Shown piece after piece: positions 54,716 through 64,000 of a stretch of DNA of 64,000 bases. The stretch is from positions 18,352,001 through 18,416,000 of the forward strand of contig OZ024766.1 in NCBI GenBank assembly GCA_964016885.1, in the 5' to 3' direction. The first letter of the stretch is position 1, and every line of letters starts with the position of its first letter. The position numbers were made by a program, and so were the translations under genes. Origin of the DNA: Eledone cirrhosa. Taxonomy: Eukaryota. The notes beneath the pieces are model-generated. The model did no database searches, was not told where the DNA came from, and was given only the letters and a program-made list of their open reading frames with translations.

Positions 54716-56717
54716 TGTATTTTGGAACACGGGCCACCAACAGACCTAATCGTGGAAGAACTGCATGCCTGGACAATATGTAAAGAAAATAAACTGAATA
54801 CTCTGATGGCTGGATAATCTTTAAGATTTTCCTCGATGAAGCAGGAAAAGTGCAGGTTTTCACCTAATGTGGGCCCTAGGGGATCAAGAAAATGAATTTT
54901 TTTTTATGTGCATAATATGCCTTGAAATCTCGGGGAAAATCGGCTAGACGTAACGCCTCAAAAAAGCCATAAAAAGCTGAAAAGATGAAGTTTTTCACCT
55001 AGTGCGGGCCCTAGGCCATAAAAAAGTTGGATTTTCTTTGCTCACGGTATGAAGAAGAGACTGACTAATACATAGTTACAATTTCAAGGAAATCAGTCTG
55101 ACGTAACGCCTAAAAAAAACCCGTAAAAAGCTGAAAACACGCAGTTTTTCACCCTAATGCGGGGCCCTAGGCCATAAAAAAGTTGGATTTTCTTTGCTCA
55201 CGGTATGAAGAAGAGACTGACTAATACATAGTTACAATTTCAAGGAAATCAGTCTGACGTAACGCCTAAAAAAACCCCGTAAAAAGCTGAAAACACGCAG
55301 TTTTTCACCCTAATGCGGGGCCCTGGGCCATAAAAAAGTTGGATTTTCTTTGCTCACGGTATGAAGAAGAGACTGACTAATACATAGTTACAATTTCAAG
55401 GAAATCAGTCTGACGTAACGCCTAAAAAAACCCCGTAAAAAGCTGAAAACACGCAGTTTTTCACCCTAATGCGGGGCCCTAGGCCATAAAAAAGTTGGAT
55501 TTTCTTTGCTCACGGTATGAAGAAGAGACTGACTAATACATAGTTACAATTTCAAGGAAATCAGTCTGACGTAACGCCTAAAAAAACCCCGTAAAAAGCT
55601 GAAAACATGCAGTTTTTCACCCTAATGCGGGGCCCTAGGCCATAAAAAAGTTGGATTTTCTTTGCTCACGGTATGAAGAAGAGACTGACTAATACATAGT
55701 TACAATTTCAAGGAAATCAGTCTGACGTAACGCCTAAAAAAAACCCCGTAAAAAGCTGAAAACACGCAGTTTTTCACCCTAATGCGGGGCCCTGGGCCAT
55801 AAAAAAGTTGGATTTTCTTTGCTCACGGTATGAAGAAGAGACTGACTAATACATAGTTACAATTTCAAGGAAATCAGTCTGACGTAACGCCTAAAAAAAC
55901 CCCGTAAAAAGCTGAAAACATGCAGTTTTTCACCCTAATGCGGGGCCCTAGGCCATAAAAAAGTTGGATTTTCTTTGCTCACGGTATGAAGAAGAGACTG
56001 ACTAATACATAGTTACAATTTCAAGGAAATCAGTCTGACGTAACGCCTAAAAAAACCCCGTAAAAAGCTGAAAACACGCAGTTTTTCACCCTAATGCGGG
56101 GCCCTGGGCCATAAAAAAGTTGGATTTTCTTTGCTCACGGTATGAAGAAGAGACTGACTAATACATAGTTACAATTTCAAGGAAATCAGTCTGACGTAAC
56201 GCCTAAAAAAAACCCCGTAAAAAGCTGAAAACACGCAGTTTTTCACCCTAATGCGGGGCCCTAGGCCATAAAAAAGTTGGATTTTCTTTGCTCACGGTAT
56301 GAAGAAGAGACTGACTAATACATAGTTACAATTTCAAGGAAATCAGTCTGACGTAACGCCTAAAAAAAACCCCGTAAAAAGCTGAAAACACGCAGTTTTT
56401 CACCCTAATGCGGGGCCCTAGGCCATAAAAAAGTTGGATTTTCTTTGCTCACGGTATGAAGAAGAGACTGACTAATACATAGTTACAATTTCAAGGAAAT
56501 CAGTCTGACGTAACGCCTAAAAAAAAACCCCCTAAAAAGCTGAAAAAATGCAGTTTTTCACCTAATGCGGGTCCTAGGAGATCAAAAAGTTGCATAACAC
56601 TCCATGAAACATAAGTAATACACATGTAAAGTTTGAAAAAAGTTGGTTGGGTTCTTCTCGAGTTTTAGGGATACAAACTCACCCACACACAGACAGACTC
56701 TGTTTTATATATCTAGA
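54716..56717 (-). mobile_element. 3'-truncated Helitron with an internal 156-bp tandem array (~10 copies)
   Basis: 54716-55042 is the reverse complement of 41381-41709; minus-strand 5' end a|TCtagatatataaaac at 56717. Confidence 0.7.
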
Positions 56718-56739
56718 TAATCACCTCTTTTCTCTCCAG

Positions 56740-56833
56740 ACCTACCATAAGGTGTGTTTTCGATGTACCACCTGCAATAAAACATTGGATTCCACAACTT
56801 TGTGTGACAAGGAAAGTCAAATATACTGCAAAG
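56740..56833 (+). CDS. CSRP: CRP/MLP coding exon 4 ([31 protein letters not shown])
   Basis: ttctctccag| acceptor, G|gtaagt donor; LIM2 core. Confidence 0.93.
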
Positions 56834-56845
56834 GTAAGTGTGGGT

Positions 56846-57062
56846 ATCATCATCATCATCATCATCATCATTTTTATGTCCGCTTTTCCCTGCTTGCAAG
56901 GGTGGGATGGGAACTAATTCTGGTTTGATTTCTACAGCTGGATGCCCTTCCTAACACCAACCTCATTTACAGTGAGTGCTGGGTGCTTTTTTGCCGTGGC
57001 ACCTCCACGACCACTTTACAGTGGAATGATAGGGACCTCAGTCCCTATCATTCCACTGCAAA
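56846..57062 (-). mobile_element. 5'-truncated CORE-like SINE ending in a fold-back
   Basis: (CAT)n tail 12 nt after the exon-4 donor; cagtggaatgatagggac-ctca-gtccctatcattccactg. Confidence 0.8.
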
Positions 57063-57644
57063 GCATGTATTCCAGTACAACCTGTCCCATGGTCGGGTCG
57101 TTGGCGACTAAACTGGCAACCCCACCAAGGTTTCTTGGTGAGGAGGGTGACTTTGGACATCCTGCAGGACTAAAAACAAAACCTGTCAAAGGGCAAAGGA
57201 GCTCTTAAGAGTCAATGGCCATCCAAAATCACCGGGAGAGATGACCCCTTAGCCTTTGTCAAGGCAGAATTCTAGGAGAAGGAAAACTCTGATATAACAC
57301 CTGCAACCCTGATGGTATCCAATGATGTTGACTTGTTCTTCTTTTTGGTAAATATCATCTTGGTTAAGAGAGTGGGACTGGCTTTGTGCAGTGCCTTTGC
57401 TCACTATAAAAGCTTCACGGCACAGGCATTGCTTTATATCTGGAGATCTCTCTGCACTTGTCATCACATGGTACCATGGGCCCAGCACTATGCGTCAATA
57501 ATTGTCACAAGTGTAGTGTTTGTACCAGAGTTTTCAAGTCGCTGGCTGGACTAAAAAGTCACACTCGTTCAGCGCATCGGTGGGGGTTCTCCTACATGGA
57601 TATAAAGTAGTGGCCGTACTCGAAAACGAGTTGGCAGCCACCAT
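57063..57644 (+). mobile_element. Interspersed non-coding repeat (copy 2); a diverged relative follows at 57665-57970
   Basis: Near-identical to the reverse complements of 40772-41150 and 58627-59081. Confidence 0.65.
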
Positions 57645-57963
57645 ATATATATATATATATATATAAAACCACTGGGAATGAAGGACCCCTAGCCTTTGTC
57701 AGGGCATTCTTCTAGTAGAAGGCAACTCAGGAAACTGGGATAACTCCGATATAAAACCTGCAGCTCAGTAGTTACAGATGATGTTGATCTTTTCTTCTTT
57801 TCAGGTTATAGCTACTGTCGCTCAGAGAGTGGGATTGGCTCAGTGCACAGTCTTTCCTCACTTTAAAACATATTTTCACACACAGGCATTGCACGATGGA
57901 ATTAATTAATAATTATTAATAATGGTATATCGTGCAATGGCCATACTCGATAACGAGGGGGCA

Positions 57964-58007
<44 letters not shown>

Positions 58008-58277
58008 ATATATATATACACACACATATATACATACATAACCTGTATTTATTCTATACTCGATAACGAGGGGGCAGCCATCATATATATATATATATAT
58101 ATATATGTAGGAGGTGAGTTTTATTGTAGTACAATAAAGCAATGCAGATATCGGATAAGAAGCACTCTACAGTTTGTAGGACTGGAGTATACATAATATA
58201 TAAGAACAAAAGATGGTTAAAAGAGTTACATGGAACTCTTTTAACCATCTTTTGTTCTTATATATATATATATATAT

Positions 58278-58495
58278 ATATATAATAAATAACAAAGAAC
58301 GCTTATAGCATATGCATATCTTTACTTGCTAACATTGTTTCATCCGCACTATAAGTGGGACTCATCAGAGCATAAAGGTTAATTACATACCATTAACCTT
58401 TATGCTCTGATGAGTCCCACTTATAGTGTGGATGAAACAATGTTAGCAAGTAAAGATATGCATATGCTATAAGCGTTCTTTGTTATTTATTATAT
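58278..58495. mobile_element. Near-perfect palindrome (~105-bp arms), Penelope pLTR-like
   Basis: Arms are reverse complements with one visible mismatch and an 8-nt loop; each arm carries a hammerhead-like motif. Confidence 0.6.
58401..58450 (+). ncRNA. Minimal type I hammerhead-ribozyme-like motif (mirror copy on the minus strand at ~58327-58374)
   Basis: tgct-CTGATGA-gtcccac(ttata)gtgtggat-GAAAC-aat-GTT-agca: helix I tgct/agca, helix II, short helix III, GUU site. Confidence 0.6.
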
Positions 58496-58582
58496 TACGG
58501 CTCTGTCCTCAGACATTGAGCTAACCTTATACTGCCTGCTGGATAAGTGGAGTGTTATACACCCCTGATCCTTTCCCTAGTA

Positions 58583-58626
<44 letters not shown>

Positions 58627-58630
<4 letters not shown>

Positions 58631-59081
58631 TGGCTGCCAACTCGTTTTCGAGTACGGCCACTACTTTATATCCATCTAGGAGAACCCCTACCGATGCGCT
58701 GAACGAGTGTGACTTTTTAGTCCAGCCAGCGACTTGAAACCTCTGGTACAAACATTGCACTTGTGACAATTACTGACACATAGTGCTGGGCCCATGGTAC
58801 CATGTGAGGACAAGTGCAGAGAGATCTCCAGATATAAAGCAATGCCTGTGCCGTGAAGCTTTTATAGTGAGCAAAGGCACTGCACAAAGCCAGTCCCACT
58901 CTCTTAACCAAGATGATATTTACCAAAAAGAAGAACAAGTCAACATCATTGGATACCATCAGGGTTGCAGGTGTTATATCAGAGTTTTCCTTCTAGAATT
59001 CTGCCTTGACAAAGGCTAAGGGGTCATCTCTCCCGGTGATTTTGGATGGCCTTTGACTCTTAAGAGCTCCTTTGCCCTTTG
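58627..59081 (-). mobile_element. Interspersed non-coding repeat (copy 3), inverted relative to copy 2
   Basis: Reverse complement of 57187-57644. Confidence 0.65.
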
Positions 59082-59157
59082 TATATATATATATATATAT
59101 ATATATCTATACACACACATATATACACATACATAACCTGTATTTATTCTATTCCAG

Positions 59158-59225
59158 CTTGCTACAACAAACAATTCGGACCAAAGGGGTTTGGCTATGG
59201 TGCAGCGCTGCAGAGGACGACCTAG
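59158..59225 (+). CDS. CSRP: CRP/MLP last coding exon (ACYNKQFGPKGFGYGAALQRTT*)
   Basis: ttccag| acceptor, phase 1; FGPKGFGYG motif, then TAG. Total CDS 579 nt = 192 aa. Confidence 0.93.
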
Positions 59226-59339
59226 GGACATGAAGTCAACAACCACTCTTTCGATTATCTGATGCATTAAAAGCACTTTACTGCACTGCACAAAATGGGA
59301 CCTGCAAGATGTAATATGTGCACTTAAGTGCATAGTTTT

Positions 59340-60810
<1,471 letters not shown>

Positions 60811-61070
60811 ACTATATTAGTCTTTCAGGGATTAAATTGTACCAGATCTAGTCACACATATTTCTCCCTCACGAGACCCCACTAAAACTGTAGATATACT
60901 AGAGATAGCTAGAGTTGTCTGCTCTTTAATCGGTCCCCTAAATATGTACACTGCCCCCACCTCACCACCACCACCTCTCTCTCTCTCTCTCTCTCTCTCG
61001 CTCTCTCTCTCTCTCTGTGTCTCTCTCTCTCAAGACTTCTTTGATAAACCAAAAGTTAAGTATATATATA

Positions 61071-61266
61071 TATAACGAAGGAAATGTGATAAGGAACCAG
61101 GTGGACCATAACGCACCAAAGTACTCAATACTTAGGGTAGTAGAGTGGGTAATAGGAACGAGTAGGACCCCGACGGCTGAGCTCAAGCCGTTTCGACGGC
61201 TAGTTCTGGACTGAATTAGCCGTCGAAACGGCTTGAGCTCTGCCGTCGGGGTCTTACTTGTTCCTA
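61071..61266 (+). mobile_element. Short element with a ~115-nt terminal hairpin (homologue of 23036-23220)
   Basis: ataggaacgagtaggaccccgacggc...gccgtcggggtcttacttgttcctat. Confidence 0.6.
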
Positions 61267-61289
61267 TATATGTATATATATATATATAT

Positions 61290-62162
61290 ATTAATTCAAA
61301 TATTAACAAAATAGTCTTGTGGTCAATTAAATTTTATTATACATATTTCAGAGCTACTTGAATCAAAGTACGTCCTCATCAGATAAAATAAAATGATTCA
61401 TCACATACCCTGACATGGTAAGATTTAATCAAGTTAGGCACTACCTTGATTAAATCTTAACCATCTTTTAATCAAGGTAATCACTACCTTGATTAAATCT
61501 TAACCATCTTTTAATCAAGGTAATCACTACCTTGATTAAATCTTAACCATCTTTTAATCAAGGTAATCACTACCTTGATTAAATCTTAACCATCTTTTAA
61601 TCAAGTTAGGCACTACCTTGATTAAATCTTAACCATCTTTTAATCAAGGTAATCACTACCTTGATTAAATCTTAACCATCTTTTAATCAAGTTAGGCACT
61701 ACCTTGATTAAATCTTAACCATCTTTTAATCAAGGTAATCACTACCTTGATTAAATCTTAACCATCTTTTAATCAAGGTAATCACTACCTTGATTAAATC
61801 TTAACCATCTTTTAATCAAGTTAGGCACTACCTTGATTAAATCTTAACCATCTTTTAATCAAGGTAATCACTACCTTGATTAAATCTTAACCATCTTTTA
61901 ATCAAGGTAATCACTACCTTGATTAAATCTTAACCATCTTTTAATCAAGGTAATCACTACCTTGATTAAATCTTAACCATCTTTTAATCAAGGTAATCAC
62001 TACCTTCATTAAATCTTAACCATCTAACATGTCAGGGTATGTCATGTATCATTTTATTTTATCTGATGAGGACGTTCTTTGATTTAAGTGCCTCTGAAAT
62101 GTGTATAATAAAATTTAATTGATCACAAGACTATATATTTTGTTAATATTTTGAATTAATAT
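61290..62162. mobile_element. Inverted ~135-bp arms with degenerate hammerhead-like motifs enclosing a 42-bp palindromic tandem array (~14 copies)
   Basis: 61290-61420 is the approximate reverse complement of 62027-62162; ttttat-CTGATGAG...GAAAT..ATA-ataaaa; internal unit ccttgattaaatcttaaccatcttttaatcaaggtaatcacta. Confidence 0.6.
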
Positions 62163-62654
62163 ATACTCTGGAAAATAAGTATATATAGATTGAGGAAAAT
62201 GTGAAATTGTAGATGTTAAAAAAAGACCTTTACTAATAAAGCCCTGATACAAATTTCAATGACACTCTCGGGCCCCTTCTTTAACCAATACCTTGATCCC
62301 ATCAGACAGCTGTCTTGAGTAAAAGGTAAGATTCTGAGCTAGTCCTGGGTGGAACGGTGCAGACTAAAAAAAAAAAATGTTTAACATTGAAAGAGATAGA
62401 AGGCTAAACAATGCAAAAATGGACTGTGAGATGAGGTAACAAATGTTTAAAGTAACCCTTGTTTTGTTCTTTTATCTGTCCAATATTTTGAACCTAAAAG
62501 GCTCTTCATCAGGGTTTATCACTTTAACATTTAAACCAGCCATATCTGGCCACAATACACTCCTCTCTTTCAGTTCAAACCAGCTGTAACTGACCACTCA
62601 TACTGATGTTAAGGTATTTTTCTCAAAATATATAATATCAAAATCTCATAGATT

Positions 62655-64000
62655 CAATGTTATGCGAGATATTATGTGGTAAAGCCTTTACTGTGACAAT
62701 ACAATAGTATATATAGAGTAATGTAAATGTTATGTGAGATATTATGTGAGGTAAAGCCTTTACTGTGACAATACAATAGTATATATAGAGTAATGTAAAT
62801 GTTATGTGAGATATTATGTGAGGTAAAGCCTTTACTGTGACAATACAATAGTATATATAGAGTAATGTAAATGTTATGTGAGATATTATGTGAGGTAAAG
62901 CCTTTACTGTGACAATACAATAGTATATATAGAGTAATGTAAATGTTATGTGAGATATTATGTGAGGTAAAGCCTTTACTGTGACAATACAATAGTATAT
63001 ATAGAGTAATGTAAATGTTATGTGAGATATTATGTAAGGTAAAGCCTTTACTGTGACAATACAATAGTATATATAGAGTAATGTAAATGTTATGTGAGGT
63101 ATTATGTGAGGTAAAGCCTTTACTGTGACAATACAATAGTATATATAGAGTAATGTAAATGTTATGTGAGATATTATGTGAGGTAAAGCCTTTACTGTGA
63201 CAATACAATAGTATATATAGAGTAATGTAAATGTTATGCGAGATATTATGTGAGGTAAAGCCTTTACTGTGACAATACAATAGTATATATAGAGTAATGT
63301 AAATGTTATGTGAGATATTATGTAAGGTAAAGCCTTTACTGTGACAATACAATAGTATATATAGAGTAATGTAAATGTTATGTGAGGTATTATGTGAGGT
63401 AAAGCCTTTACTGTGACAATACAATAGTATATATAGAGTAATGTAAATGTTATGTGAGATATTATGTGAGGTAAAGCCTTTACTGTGACAATACAATAGT
63501 ATATATAGAGTAATGTAAATGTTATGCGAGATATTATGTGAGGTAAAGCCTTTACTGTGACAATACAATAGTATATATAGAGTAATGTAAATGTTATGTG
63601 AGGTAAAGCCTTTACTGTGACAATACAATAGTATATATAGAGTAATGTAAATGTTATGTGAGATATTATGTGAGGTAAAGCCTTTACTGTGACAATACAA
63701 TAGTATATATAGAGTAATGTAAATGTTATGTGAGATATTATGTGAGGTAAAGCCTTTACTGTGACAATACAATAGTATATATAGAGTAATGTAAATGTTA
63801 TGTGAGATATTATGTGAGGTAAAGCCTTTACTGTGACAATACAATAGTATATATAGAGTAATGTAAATGTTATGTGAGATATTATGTGAGGTAAAGCCTT
63901 TACTGTGACAATATAATAGTATATATAGAGTAATGTAAATGTTATGCGAGGTATTATGTGAGGTAAAGCCTTTACTGTGACAATACAATAGTATATATAG
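62655..64000. repeat. 72-bp minisatellite, ~18 copies, running off the right edge
   Basis: Unit aatgttatgtgagatattatgtgaggtaaagcctttactgtgacaatacaatagtatatatagagtaatgta. Confidence 0.92.

Noticed and set aside
62672-63988. 438-aa ORF of 24-aa Cys/His repeats that looks zinc-finger-like
   Set aside because: A 72-bp minisatellite with a period divisible by 3; no C2H2 spacing and no splice context.

Overview
Eukaryotic, extremely microsatellite-rich animal DNA. The repeat landscape suggests a coleoid cephalopod such as Octopus; this is inference only. Nearly all ORFs in the supplied track are simple-repeat artefacts. Real genes read by eye: (1) COPS4 (COP9 signalosome subunit 4), minus strand, coding exons 1-4 at 9478-9396, 7852-7773, 5007-4856 and 2584-2481, running off the left edge; (2) an intron-containing tRNA-Leu(CAA) at 10754-10865; (3) a complete 5-exon, 192-aa two-LIM CRP/muscle-LIM-type gene on the plus strand (50900-59225). 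The remainder is RTE-like LINE fragments, tRNA/CORE-type and Nin/Deu-type SINEs, Helitrons, palindromes with hammerhead-ribozyme-like motifs, and many minisatellites. The most striking pattern is that minisatellites are repeatedly built from functional sequence halves. About 17 tandem copies of the COPS4 exon-5 acceptor plus 18 codons lie in intron 4, and their recurrent variants are all synonymous. About 18 copies of the LIM exon-3 donor follow that exon. There is also a donor-less duplicate of COPS4 exon 3 and a B-box/terminator satellite grown from the tRNA 3' end.
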